A DNA stretch of 63,961 bases, the filler included, from Malassezia furfur (taxonomy: Eukaryota): NCBI GenBank assembly GCA_052055015.1. It is 5 parts of 5 records of this genome, joined end to end, with 100 filler letters (N's around TTAATTAATTAA, not from the genome) between each part and the next. Parts side by side here need not be neighbours in the genome. Positions count along the whole stretch, not along the records: positions 27,682 to 41,406 come from JBQJIT010000307.1; 4 more parts are not named here. One strand, written 5' to 3'. The notes below the pieces were generated by a model. That model made no database searches. It was not told where the DNA came from and saw nothing but the letters and a program-made list of their open reading frames with translations. The first letter of the stretch is position 1. Every line of letters starts with the position of its first letter. A program made the translations under genes and the position numbers. Of this stretch, positions 27,682-40,938 are shown one piece after another.

Positions 27682-30600
27682 ACTTCAAGGACGTGCAGAT
27701 TGTCGACTTCCAAATGCCAAATGCTGACAAGGACGGAGGCATCGCTTTCTATGCTACCACACTGCTACGAAATCCGTCACCATTTGGCATGCAGCTGGGG
27801 AGGCTCGAGTTCGACCTGTATTACAACGGTCTCTTGCTCGGTCCGGCAGTCTCGCCGAACCTTAATCTGACGCCAAGTCTCAATCTGGTCAATCTCCAGG
27901 GCAGACTTATCTCTCATGCGGACAACCAAACTGCTTTGGGCATTCTGAGCGATTTGTTTACGCGCTACATCAATGGGGAAGTGTCCATGACATATGCAGT
28001 CGGACGGAATGTGACGACCCCCAGCGGCGAGACACCGAGCTGGTTGGGAGAAGGTATCCAGGCAATCAACATTGCTGTGCCGTTTAAGTCACCGATCCCG
28101 ATCAATCCCATTAAAAGTATTACAATCAAGCAGTTTAACCTGTCCTACTATGCTGACTCGAATCCTTATGGACCGACAGCCTCGTCGGACAGCTTAAGTG
28201 CGGAGATCGGTCTGCCGTTCGGTTTTCCGCTGAACATTGTCTCGGCCAAGAATGAGATCACGCTGGTGGACGACAAGACGAACACACCGATGGCAGTGGT
28301 TGATGGCGTGTATTCAAACTCGGAAACGCAGCTGGACATTGTTGCATCGGGGCAGACGGCGGGTACACTGTATCTGACGCTGAAGCCGTCGCTGATGCGG
28401 CTGCCCGAGCAGACGGATGCGGCACGGAAAGAGTTCCAGTACTTCCAAAAAGAGTTTGTCTTTTCAGGCAAGGACTCTAAGCTGTTCAACGGGTCGTCTG
28501 TGGCAGTTACAGACACACCTGTTGGTCGTATTGTACTAAATGGTATAAAATTCTCCGTCGAAAGTGGCTTGCTGGGTTTGCAAGGACTGAATCACTATCC
28601 CACGACTATCAACGGCGTGGATGTGATTGGTGGGACGAATGAGGGACTGAAGCTGGCGGTGAACACGACCATCATCAACCCGTCGAATGTCAATGTGCAA
28701 TCCGGTAACGTCACGCTGCTCTTCCTGAACCACGACGTGATTGGCAATGTATACCTCGAAAATTTGAACCTGGTGATTGGTGCGAACAACATTACGGCGA
28801 TTTCGACGTTCAGCCCTAAGGTGAGCCCGTATGGATACGAGACGCTGAACCGCTATGTGAGTGGTCTAGACACGCCGGTGAACATTTCGGGCTTTGAGGG
28901 TTCGACGCCGATCGACTCGCTGGTGCCGGCGTTCTCGGCGATGCGTCTCAATACAACGCTGGGTGGCCTAAAGACTGAGCTTGTGCAACAAGCCTCTTTA
29001 CAAGTCCTGAACACAACAGGTATTACAGACGACGTGGCGCACTCGATCGTGAGCCTCAACAATCCGTTCTCGGCGGGGCTGCAGATCACGCACATTTCGT
29101 CGAATGTGACGATGCACGGCATTTTCGTGGCTCAAATTGATACGGATTTGGATTTTTCAGCGGCTGGTAAGGCAGTGACGCCATCGCCAGAGATTCCACT
29201 ACACCTCAACCTGTATCCGCCGGACATGTTCGCATTGGTTCGCGCGTTAGCATTACAGGCAGGAGAGGATGTACGCCAATTGGATGGAATCGTCAAAATT
29301 GGTGGTTATACCTATTCAAAAACGACGTCCGCGAACAGTGATCGGAAACCTTCAAAACGTTCAATCGGTGAGGCAGAGCTGGCCGCTGAGGTTTTGGATC
29401 ACACACTAGTCAAGCGGAAAACGAACATGTATACCGGTTTCAACCTGCCCAACTTTATCGACAAAGCATTCTCGGTGGCGTCGGCCAACCTGGAGATCGT
29501 GTCGCAGACCAAAATGGGAGACTATTTGACGCCGATCACCTTCTCGCAACAAAACGTTCCGATGAAGACGGACAGCTCACTTAACTTGTTGCTCCCTGTT
29601 TTGGCGAAGCCAATCGTACAAAAGATCATCGATGGTTCAAATCTCGCTATTAACCGTGTAACCATTTTGAATCCTGCACAGAACAATTTCCGAGTGCACA
29701 TGATCGGTTCCATCACGAATGCTGGTCCATTTGATGCTGTGATCAGATTCACCCAGGGCTTACAACTCGCCTGGAACAATGAAGTTTTGGGACAGATTGC
29801 AATGCCCAATATTCAGCTCGCGGCCGAAGACGGCGCACAAATCGATTTGGAGGCTGAATTTGCGGTGAGAAATACCGACGCGCTCACCGAATTTACGAAG
29901 TTCTTGGTGACTGAACCGAGCTTTGTATGGGAGATCACGGGCGAGGGACTCGCTGTGGACGCACTTGGCACTACCACCTCGGATCTATCGATCTCGAAAA
30001 CAGTGATTTTGACAGGGTTTAATAACCTGAAGAACGCCGTCACAATCACCACCTACGATCTGCCTTCGAACGATCCAGCAGGGGGTATCCATTTGACTGC
30101 CGAGGCTACCATCCAAAACCCATCCCAGGTTGGTATTCAGCTGTCGCGATTTGGAACAACGGCGTGGCGCAACAACACGGATTTGGGTCCCGTTGCGGCG
30201 CAAGGCGAGTTTATTCTGCAGCCTCTATCACAGACAACGTTGCCGCTAGCCGGTCGTCTTCAACACCAAAACAATAATCATGGACTGGCTACCTTGTCTC
30301 AGACATTCACGGATGTGGTGCACGGAAAGACGATTCCGGTTCAAATCCACGGCGAATACGCAGGGCCGTCCGATGTAACATGGCTTAACGAGGGCATCAA
30401 GCTGCTGCAGATCTCGTCGCATCTCCCTGCCCGGCATTTCAACGTCATTAAGGCAATTGAGCTGAATGAGATGACGCTGATGTTTACGGAGAAGTCGGCA
30501 TGGGCTCCTGCGACAAGCTCGTCGAACACGCAGGCGCCATTCTACCTGCCGTTCAACTTCCCGATCGACATTACGCAGGCGGGGGGTGGGTTCATTGAAG

Positions 30601-33600
30601 GATATAAAGGCGCAGACGTGGCGCTTCTCAACATCCCCATGTCGCCTGCCGTGACCGATGTGGAGCGGCGCGTTATGACGCTCAAGTTTAGTGATGTGCC
30701 GATGCAGGCGTACGGGAATAAGCACGGGCAATTTTCTGGATTTTTGGCGGATACGACGGCACAAAAGAGTGTGACGTTCCAACTGCATGGGAGTGCTAAC
30801 TCGGTCGCGCGTACTGCCGCTGGAACGGTGACGATCACCGACATTCCGTTCGGTGTGACGACGTCGCTGGATGGTCTGCAGAATCTGAATGCTCGGCCAG
30901 TCGTGACGTCTGATCTGGACGTGAAGCATGGGTACAAGAGCTACCTTCTTATCACACTGAAGGCGTCTCTTTACAATCCCTCTCGCATTACTATTGGCAC
31001 TGGGGACGTTTCTTTTGCGCTAGGGTACACTGGACACCCGATTGGATCGGCTCAAATCTCGAACTTAGTTCTACATCCTGGCGTCAACAATATCTCCACC
31101 AACGTACATTATGCCCCGCATGGCTCAGTAAACGAAAGGGCGGGACAGCAATTGCTGGAGAACTACGTGCAAGGTGTCGTGTCTACAGCCAAGATTTCTG
31201 GGTCTCGGGACACGACACCGATCGCGTCGCTCAAGGAAGCTCTGTCCGGTATTCAGCTCTCGACGCAGATTCCGCCGCTGCACCAGCTGCTGATCATTGA
31301 GGCTAAGCTGGTCATCCCGAAGAACATTGCACAGACGTCTTTGGCGCAGTCGAGCTTCCAGCTGAAGAATCCGTTCACGGCATCAATCAACCTCCTCAAA
31401 GTCAATGCGAAGGCATCATACCAAGGCATCTATCTCGGTGTGATTGATCAGAACCTTTCGCCGCCGATCCGTGCCGATGGTCACACGACAATCACCTCGC
31501 GGACGCTGCCGCTCAAGATGGACCTCGACCCGAAGCACCTGATCCAGTTTGTGGAGAAGGCGGCGGCGAACACCAACACGGACCTTGGTCCGCTGACGGC
31601 GCAATTCAACAAGGTGATGGCGATGTCAAGCACCAAGACCACTGTGCGACCGTATCCGGACCCGAACCCACCGAGCTGGCACTCGGGACGTCAATTTGAT
31701 GTGTTTGGCGCGGTGCTGTCGCTACTGAAGGGCCTCGAGGTGACGTTGGACATTGAGTCGACGGTGAAGCTCGACGACTACGAGACCAAACTCAACTTCA
31801 AGCAGTCACCAGTGCCGACGGACACGGATCGTACTGCGCTGTACCTGATCGGACCCATCGGTGCGCCCATTGTACAAAACCTCGTGGACGGGGCGACGCT
31901 TTCGTTTTCGATGACGAACATCTCGAAGCTGCGGGACGATGGGTTCCATCTGGACTTGCAAGGCCAACTGCTGAATACGGGTCCGTTTGATGCACAAATC
32001 GAGTTCCCCGAGGGCGTCTCGGTTACATGGGAGGGGCAGAGCATCGCTACGATTCAGTTGCCTCCAATCCGAGCGTTTGCATATGAGGGCGTACCGAATT
32101 TGCGGACGACGGGCGAGTTGAAGATCACGAACCAGGGAGGCTTCACCAAGTTTGCGACGTACATCCTGCACAATTCCGACTTTACGTGGACGATCAGCAC
32201 GAATAAACTGCGTGTGCGGGCGCTGAACATTGTGTTTGACGACGTGAAGATCAGCAAGACGCTGCATTTCAAGGCGTTCAATGGGCTGCCCGGTGTGAAT
32301 ATTACGTCGTTTGATATACCTGGGGAGACGTCGAATGCGCTGAAGATTACAACCGGTACGACGATTCCGTCGCCGGCGACGCTCGGCATTGACCTGGAGA
32401 CCGCCAATTTCAAGATCTACTTTGAGAACCAGTATGTGGGCCCTGCGCATTCGACCAACCTCTTTTTGTGCGGGTTGTCTACAACGTCCGCGTTGTTGCA
32501 CGGGTTTATTACGCACAAAAGCGGTAATGCTGAAATCCAAGCGACTGGCAAGCTGTTTTCACAATACTTGCAAGGGAAGAACAGCGATCTAAGTGTCCGG
32601 GGCGACAGTGTGGTGACGCGCGAGAATGGTAACAAACCCGTGGGCTGGTTGTCGAAAGCGTTTAGGTCGCTTACATTGGATGTCGTCTTGCCTGGGCACA
32701 TCTACAAGATTGTGTACTCTGTGACAATTTCCGATCTGTTTGTCACAGTGATGGAGCAGGCGGACACATGGGCACCGCGCACTGGTTCAAATCAGTCTGT
32801 TGCTCTGTACGCAAACCCACTGCATTTTACGTTGACGCCGCTGAAAGCGTCGCTCACTTCGCAGTTGCTCTACAACAATGGCGTGGCTGCACATCTCAAC
32901 ATTCCGTTGCGCACGGTACGGGCCGGTACATCGCACGGCCCTAACGAGCATCGTCCATTGATTATGTCGTGGAAGAGTGAGCGGATGGTCGCCGAAGACC
33001 GTACAGCCTTCACGGCGATGCTTTCCAAAATCCTCGACACTTCCCGAGCGACAATAGGCCTGACGGGCAGCGCGGGGCTGGTGGGCAAGACGGTGATCGG
33101 CAACATTCCGATCGACGGTATCCCCTTTAATGTAAGCACAAGTCTGGCGGGTCTCGATTCGTTCACGGGCAAGACGACACTGAAGCGGCTCGACATTTAC
33201 CACGGGACGCCAGAGTACCTGGACAACAAAGTGCAGCTTGTTTTGACGAATCCAAGCAACATTACAGTGCATACAACCGGCATCTCCTTGCCGAATTTCT
33301 ACAAGAACACGTACATTGGGCGCGCACTGCTGGGCGAGAAAATCATTGCGCCGGGCGACAACCACTTTGATGGCATCGTGCGGTACCAGCCCAACAATCC
33401 CAACGATACCGTCGCACAAGAACTGCTGCAGCGCTATGCGCAGCCACAACAAGGCCATGGGGCCGTGAGCATTCCATACGAGACGCCTGTGGTGATCAAA
33501 GGCCTCGCGAATGCCGACCCGCCGCTCTCGCCATTTGCGTCTCTCACACCGGGCTTGGAACAGCTGTACCTTACTAGCACGCTGCCAGGCATCGCTGTGC

Positions 33601-34451
33601 GTGTGTTGAACCAGATCGACGCATTCTTTGATGTGCTGACGCTGTTTGCCGCGCCAGGCCTGCGCCCGTACATTTATATTGCGCTTACGTTCCGCAATGA
33701 TCTCCCTGTCTCGCAAACGTTCCAGCGTATCCAGTGTGATGCTTTCGAGGCCGGCACGCAGAGCCCGGTGCAGGCATCCTTCACGGAAAACCATGTGACA
33801 AACTGTCGCATTCCGGCCGCGTCCGCGACCAAAGTCAACCCTAAATTCCACAAGTGTGACCGGATTTACCACGTCCTGGGCAACCAAGGCCTGCTCGGGT
33901 CACTTCCTACGATCGGCAAGAACCTCGACGTGCACAACCTCGTGGAGGTCATGCTGGACGACAATGGCTACGTGAATCCTGGCTTCCACTTCAACGAAGA
34001 AGATGTCCTCACCACCTACTCGGTTGCGATCGGAAACACGGTGATCGCCAACATCACCTCGATCGAAGACATGATTGAGGGTATCTTGGGCGCCCTTCCC
34101 AAGCTGACCACCAGCGAGCTGGAAAAGATCACCGACGGGTTTGCCAAGCTCGGCACCGAAGGCATCCTGCAGCTCGCGGAGTCCAAGTGGAAACAGGTGG
34201 TCTGTGCGCTGGACAAGCTCCCTCTCACGCTCATTCACACGGCCGACTGCAGCACTAGCTCGGCGGCAGGTAAGGTCGCTGCTTCCTCCAGAAGCGCCAG
34301 TAATTTGCGCGCCAGCAGCGCATCGTCTGCAAGCACCAAGGTGCGCATCTCGCCCAAGGCGAGCGCCAACTCGTCGCCAGCGTCGAGCGCACATGCTTCT
34401 TCTTCGGCGGCCTCGCAGGCCGCCTCTTCCAATTCGCGCAAGCCCCGGTAA
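27682..34451 (+). CDS. Giant DUF3712 / LEA-2-like repeat protein (Tag1-related), 5' truncated, >2250 aa
   Basis: Repeated beta-rich units NPSPFGMQLG, NPSNVNVQSG, NPSQVGIQLS, NPSRITIGTG, NPSNITV; duplicated GSITNAGPFDAVIRF / GQLLNTGPFDAQIEF; S/A-rich tail. Family assigned from motif recall. Confidence 0.75.
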
Positions 34452-34654
34452 TACATGCGCCGTCTTGGTAGCTGGCAACCCACGTGAATCGGCAGGACCG
34501 TTCGTGGCCTAATTTCGGCATAGCACATATACATCCCGCATTCCTCGTTTTCCTCCCACTTACGATGCCGGTTCAGCCGCGCTGCCCGGCACACTGACGC
34601 GCCGCGTGGAGGTGGCCGGGCCGCGGCGCGCCAGCGGCATATTTCCTCACCAGC

Positions 34655-35207
34655 ATGCTGCGACCAAAGTGGGCGTTTGCACCGTCGCTGGCGCTGCGTC
34701 GCAGCCCCGCACAGGTTGCCGCTGCACCATGCGCCGCACCGTTTCTTCGCAGTGTACACATGGGCGCCTTCCGCGCGACGCCGCGCCGCGGCGAGGAACT
34801 CATGCGCGACATCAACGCGGCGCAGAGCACGTACCACCCGCGTGGGTTTGGCAACTCGGCGGGGTACAAGCGCGCGCGCAAGCCGTACTTTGTCGGCAAC
34901 ATGCTCACTTTCCTTGCACTGTGCACCTTTGTGGGCGGCGTGTACGCTTACTCGATTATGATGGTACGTCGCGTGCTGACGCCAGGTGGAACAGGACGAC
35001 TTTTCCGACATTGAAAATATTCGCGTACTGCCGGACGACGACGAGGTCCGCCCCGCGCAGCCCGTGACGCCCGATGTGGTGCCGTCGGGCGCCGAGTCGG
35101 GTGCCCATCTCGTGCCCGACCGCGCACCCATCGCGCCTGCGCCACCGACGACGGCGCCCGCCGTCGCGCCCGTCGCAGCGCCGATGATGAACAAGAAGCT
35201 GATCTAG
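34655..35207 (+). CDS. COA3: Cytochrome c oxidase assembly factor 3; intron 34964-34985 (22 nt)
   Basis: YKRARKPYFVGNMLTFLALCTFVGGVYAYSIMM|VEQDDFSDIE has the Coa3 pattern; mitochondrial presequence. Confidence 0.8.
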
Positions 35208-35240
35208 TGGTATAGTTCTCAGTGGTGCTATGCTAGTTGC

Positions 35241-36785
35241 TTAGCGCCGGTGCTTTCCAAAGCCCGGCAGAGCGAAGAACTCAAAGATCTTCTCGGCAGG
35301 GACCGCGTCACCGCGGCTGCCGTGCAGCTGGCTAGTGCGGTGGCCACGCACGATGCCTACCACGCTGCCTGTCTCCACATCGACGACGGGCCCGCCGGAC
35401 GAGCCGGGGAGGGGGAAGTAGGACATGGTGCGGCGCAGGTTCGCGCCCTGGAGCGCCGCGGGCGTCTCGGGCGTATCGTCGCGCAGCTTGAAGCTGAGCT
35501 GCGCCAGCTCATCGTAGGTGCCCGTCTCGGCGACGCGTCCGATCGGGTCCTTGTAGCCCGTGAGCGTCGCGCGTGCCCACCGGTTGCGCACAACTTCGTG
35601 CTCGGTCAGCGCGGGGAATGCGCCCGTGCCGGGGCCATTGCTTGCGCCGGCCGGCAGCCAGCCGCCAAACGAGCTGATGGACAGCTCCGTGTTTACCACC
35701 GCGGGGTACGGCGATACAGGCAGCGTCCGCAGCGCGCCGCCCTCGACCGTGTGCAGCGTCGAGGTTACGGCATCGACCTGCACGGGTGTATCGTCGAGCT
35801 GGAGCAGGGAGAGGTCGGCGTCCGGCAGGTTGCTCAGCAGCGAGCGGATCGGGTAGATGTGGCCCTGGCGCGTCACGGCGAGCGCCACGCCGCGGCTCTT
35901 GCGCTCGGCCGCCTTGTCGGCGGCACTCTCAAGCGTGTGCACGCACGAGACGACGAGCGCGCCGCGGCCCGCGCCGTCGCTTTGCCCGAGGCGCTCGCCA
36001 CCCTGCACCGCAAAGCCGGTGCACAGACTGACGCGCTCCCTGCCGCCTCCGATATCGTCCACAAAGCACAGCAGGAGCACGCCGTCGTCCGTCGCGGCCG
36101 CCACCTCCTCGTCGGCGCTGTTGGCGCTGATCAGACTCACGCGGCGCTCCTGCTTCGGCATCGGCTCGTACGGCAACTCGATCGACAGCTGCTCGTTCGC
36201 GCGCTCGGCGAGCGCCTTTTCGAGATCCACGAGCGACAGCGTACCACGCAGACCCTGCTGCTGGTCCAGCGCCCGCGCAGCCGCAATCACGTAGCGCTCA
36301 ATCGCGCTGCGGTCCTCCTCGCTGTACTCGACGCGGTGTGGCTCCTCGGGGTCCGCCACCGGCTTCACGGCAGGGGTCGCGCGCGGCGGAAGAAACTTGC
36401 TTTCCTCCGTCCAGCGGACCTGCGCATCCTCCAGGGACTGCGCAAAGAGCTTCTCGGAGCCCGGCACACTTGTGCTCCGCCGGGAGCCGCCTGTGGCCTG
36501 GCCTCGCAGCTTCTCGACACGAGCACGGTGGCCGGCGAGGTCCCGGTTCGAGGTGTTGGAGTCCAGCATATAGTTAAACATATCGGCATCCTCGCCGTCG
36601 TCCGCGGGACGCGACGAGGCCGCCGGAGGCGCCGGCACGGCGGTGCCGAGCATATGATCGACCGAGGTCGAGGGATTCACGGGCACTGCATACATGCGGC
36701 GGGGCGTCAACAGTACGGGACGCAGGATGCGCGCCACTTGGCCATGAGGGGCGCGTGGAAACGGCACCATACGACGGGTAGGCAT
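35241..36785 (-). CDS. Trypsin-like (S1/Trypsin_2) serine peptidase, probably mitochondrial
   Basis: CTGF, SCVH (His), DADLSLL (Asp), PGSSGGPVVD (Ser); R-rich, acid-free N-terminus. Confidence 0.75.
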   Translation of the reverse strand: MPTRRMVPFPRAPHGQVARILRPVLLTPRRMYAVPVNPSTSVDHMLGTAVPAPPAASSRPADDGEDADMFNYMLDSNTSNRDLAGHRARVEKLRGQATGGSRRSTSVPGSEKLFAQSLEDAQVRWTEESKFLPPRATPAVKPVADPEEPHRVEYSEEDRSAIERYVIAAARALDQQQGLRGTLSLVDLEKALAERANEQLSIELPYEPMPKQERRVSLISANSADEEVAAATDDGVLLLCFVDDIGGGRERVSLCTGFAVQGGERLGQSDGAGRGALVVSCVHTLESAADKAAERKSRGVALAVTRQGHIYPIRSLLSNLPDADLSLLQLDDTPVQVDAVTSTLHTVEGGALRTLPVSPYPAVVNTELSISSFGGWLPAGASNGPGTGAFPALTEHEVVRNRWARATLTGYKDPIGRVAETGTYDELAQLSFKLRDDTPETPAALQGANLRRTMSYFPLPGSSGGPVVDVETGSVVGIVRGHRTSQLHGSRGDAVPAEKIFEFFALPGFGKHRR

Positions 36786-36919
36786 AGTGGTTGGGAGAGC
36801 ACGCAAGCGTGAATTGCCACCCCGCGTGAGCACGGACTATGTGGAGGGTCGCGCGATCGATAAGCACGGCCCTGGCGGGTGGAGGCCACTAACAACGCGA
36901 GGCGCGCGCGCCACGGCAC

Positions 36920-37712
36920 TTAGGCGCCCGCGGCCGCCGGCTCGGCCTCCACCGGCTTGCGGTACTCGAGCTTTTCGACCTTGACCTCGTTGTTGATCAG
37001 CTGGTAGATGTAGATCACGACAACGGGGCCTTGAATATCGAGCACTGGGTAAGACTCGCCACGTACGTGCAAACGACGGCGTCGTGCCCATCTCTTCTCC
37101 GACGTCCTCGAGTGTCTCGTCGGTAGGCGGCGGCACCGCGTCGCCAGGTGCAGATGCAGGGGCCGTTGCGTCTGCATCGGGGGTATCCTTGCCGCGCGCG
37201 GGTGTCGTCGGCTGCGCAGGCACACCGGGGACCGGCACTTCGGTCGTCCAGGCGCCCGTCGCACTCCCGGGGTTAATAAAAAACCGACCGTCGTACGCAT
37301 AGGCCTCAAACTGATGCGTGTAGCCGCTCAGGAGAACGTCGACGTCCATAGAGCGTGCCAGCGATGCCAGCGCAGCCTTGTCCCCGGCTGGGATCACCTG
37401 GTGGCCGTGCACGACGCCGATCCGCAAGGGAGGGTATTGCAGCACAAGCTGAGACGGAAGGCGCCGATTCTGGATCAACGGATGTCACGCACCTCGTCAT
37501 AATCGCCCTTCACCATATGAATCTCGTTCGCGAGCGACCGCAGGTAGTCGTGCGTCTGCTTGTCGCACACATTGCCAGTGCACACAACCTGCTGGATCTT
37601 GCCTGGCACAAGCAGTTTCCGGAACTTGGCCGGCAGATCCAGTGCACGGTAAGGCAAGAGCAAGTCGCCTGCTGGTCAGTCGCGCGCACGCACCAATTAC
37701 CAACACCAGCAT
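36920..37712 (-). CDS. VPS29: Retromer subunit Vps29; introns 37693-37669 (25), 37492-37470 (23), 37066-37045 (22)
   Basis: [66 protein letters not shown]. Confidence 0.93.
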
Positions 37713-38099
37713 GGCTCGCGCGCGCCTCTCCGCACGGCGCCGGCGGCGCACCACGCCTTGCGTCACGTGAGCCTCACGTGGCGCAGGTATGCGCGGGGTT
37801 ACAGGCACGCGGTGTGCCCCGAAAAAAAAAAAACGTGTGCAGATCCTCCCCTTCCCCACGTGGCCGCAGGAACAAGCGGCCGGGGGCGTTACGTAGTTCG
37901 CTGCGCGTGGCTGGCCGCATTTCCGAAATTTGGCAGGCGCGAAATATGCCGTGCTGATTGGCCCAACAAATGCGACGCACGAGATGAGCTGCCGCTGATC
38001 TCCTCGGCTCGATCGGGGCTCTGCAAGCGTGGCAGGCGCGACCGACTCCCAAGCTCAGTGCACCGTGATTGCCTCGTCGCCCACGGTGCTTGTCGCACA

Positions 38100-40851
38100 A
38101 TGGACTGGAGCCATGTTGTGCCCAATCAGCCAATACCGTCGCTAGACATGCAATCTGCTATGGCGGCGCCCGATGTGCTCGTGTCGCGCCCCCAGGCCAG
38201 CGAGCCAGGCGCTGCGACGCTGCCGTTTGGGCCGACATACGCGCCGACGCCCGACGGCGCGATTGATGCTCTGCCGCTCCCCTGGGACCAGAGCCTGAGT
38301 GGCTGGAACTCACAAAATGCGTTTGGCGAGACAGGGAACTATATGCTATCGCCCAACTTTGGCGCGGCGAATGACGTGCATCGTTCCGTGTCGCAGCCTG
38401 CAAACAAGCGGCGGCTCGCCAACCCGATGGATTGGAGCACGGCGCGGAACAACCGCGACACGCTGTACGCCCACGAGTTCCTGAAGGCGTTCCGTGCGCG
38501 TATGCCCGACTCCGCCGAGGGCCAGGCGGCGTGCGACTACTGTCGAAAGCGCAAGATCAAGGTATGTCGCTCCACCCGCTCACGCAGTGTGACCGGAAGA
38601 AGCCGACGTGTGGACACTGCGCACAGTCCGGGCGCGTGTGCACTTCGGACGATGTGCTCCGGAAACGGGGACCACCTAGCAAGTACGTGTGCGTCTCACT
38701 CACCCCAGACGCGAACGCGCGATGATGGACAACGCCGGCATTGTGTTCCGCAGCCGCAGCTCGCGCCCCTCCAAATATGGCCCGAAGCGCGGCGCGGCGG
38801 ACAAGGTCGTCGAGGCGTCTGCGGCGCCGAGCGGCGCGCGCGCATTGGACCCGGCGCCGGTCGACGCCCAGGGCTTTGCCGTGCCGACCACCACGGCGTC
38901 GATGACGGCGAACGGTGCGGCAACGGTGCCTGCACACCTTGGCGCCCTGAATGCCGCCGGACTGAACGGCGGCGCCAATATGTGGCTCGGTGCGAACGAC
39001 GCTGCCGCGCCGGGCATGTACAGTGGGGCGGAAAAGCCCGCGCCGGTGCCGCCCAACGGCCTGCCGACCGGCCTCTCTATGGACGTGCTAAACAGCCTGC
39101 CGCCCAACGTTTGGCCCGCGTTCCAGCCCAACCTTGCCTCCCTGCCAAACGCGCCCGACATGGCGGTGAATCAGCCCGCCGCGTATGGGCAGACGGGTGG
39201 TGCCGAGCAGCTTGCCGCGCCGTTTGGCCTGCCGGCCTCCTCGCTCTTTACGCTTGGGCACCAGGACCTCGCTGCGGGCCAGTCGAGCCTGCCATCCAGC
39301 GTTGCGTCGCCGACACCGACCACCGACGTACTCGGCGACGCCGCGTGGAAGAAGCCCGAGCCGAGTGCCAACGACCTCTCGCTGCTCACCAAGCCGATCG
39401 CCGAGGGCGAGGCCGATGCATCTGCCCGCAACCCGGCTTCGGTGTCCCCGGCCCACCGCCAGCCAGAGGGCGCGGCGCCGGACCAGTGCCAGGCGGCCCT
39501 CTACCATTTCCTCACGTCGCAAAGCGTCGCCAACATTGCAACCCAGCAGCTTGCCGAGTTTTACGCAGAGCACGGCGCAGGACGCGGCGCCGACGCCCGC
39601 CCTACCGCCGCCGGGGATCGGCTGATCCAGGAAGAGGCGCACGGATGCACATCGGCCGCGTCTATGTCTGTGCGCGTGCTCGATGCCAACGGCGACGTGG
39701 CGCATGTGCCCGCCACCGAGCACCCACAGAACCTCGCGAGTCTGTATCTTTCCCAGACGCACGGCCCGCCGTACCCCGGTGCGCCCCCAGAGAACGCCCC
39801 GGGTACGCCCAAGCTCTTCCCCTCCGGTGCGCGCGGTGAGGCCGACTACGACGCGTTGCGCGCGCAGGCCGACGCGCTGCTTCGTCGTGACGCCGTGCGG
39901 CCGCTGCTGGGCCTCGCGAGGGACGACCTGCAGCGCACGCTGCCGTTTCTGCAGTGGGGCCTGATCGACCGCTACCTCTCAAGCGCGACGCAGGCCGGCG
40001 CGACGCAGTGGACGCCGACGCAGGGGCGGCAGCGCCAGGCCCTGCTGCTGCTGCTCGTCGCGCTCGCCACGACGCTGCATCTCGCGATCGCGACGGCTGC
40101 GACGCCGCCGGCATCGGCGTGGCCGTTCGGCCTGGCGTGCTACCGGGTGGCGCGCGGCCTGCTGACGCCGCGCACCGCCGAGCCGGCCGTCGAGGAGCTG
40201 TCGCTCGAGTTTGTCGAGTCGCTCATCGTGCTCGACCTGTACCTGTACCGGTGCAAGCAGTACAGCGAGGCGTCGCTCGCGCTCTCGCGCGCCGTGAGCG
40301 CGTGCCTGACGCTCAGCGAGCAGCCCGTGGTGGTGCAGCCGTCGGAGCACGCGCTGGGCACGGCGATCTACCACCGCGAGATGCTCAAGCGGTACCTGTG
40401 GGTGGTCTTCATCCTCGACCGCCTCAACCAGGTGGAGAGCAACGGGCACACACGCATGCTCTTTACGCACACGATTGGCGCGCTGGAGCAGCCCACGCTG
40501 CTGCGCGGCATCCCGCTCGACGGGTGCACGGCGGACGAGGGCGTGACGCCCGACTCGATCCGCACGTTCGTGAGCCAGATCAATCTCGCGCACATCCTCG
40601 GCGAGGCCGCCGAGCAGGGCCTCCTTTCCTCCAAGCCGACGCCGCAGGCGCCCGGCTCCGCACTGCACACCGCCGCCATCCTGTTCCAGGAGAAGCTGAC
40701 GCGCTGGGCGTCCGACTCTCCGTGTATTATCCATTCCCCCTCCCTCACCACCGATCTGTTCCTGGCCGCCTGGACAACGCCCAGTTCGCTGAATCTCAAG
40801 GTCCTCTACCAAGCCTGCCTCGGACACTTGCAGCAGTTCGCCGTCGCGTAG
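38100..40851 (+). CDS. Zn(II)2Cys6 transcription factor with fungal TF middle-homology region; introns 38562-38587 (26), 38683-38708 (26)
   Basis: ACDYCRKRKIK|CDRKKPTCGHCAQSGRVC..RKRGPP; EMLKRYLWVVFILDR. Confidence 0.88.
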
Positions 40852-40938
40852 CAGCACTGTGTGCTGCACCGCGGCATGCGCATGTGCACCCGCTGTTTTC
40901 ATAGTTGCATGTCATTCATCGAATCTGTACTACATCGG

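Noticed and set aside
37090..37240. P/A/T-rich insertion in Vps29 as a possible intron or novel domain
   Set aside because: In frame with no splice signals; fungal Vps29 proteins commonly have a variable low-complexity loop at this position.
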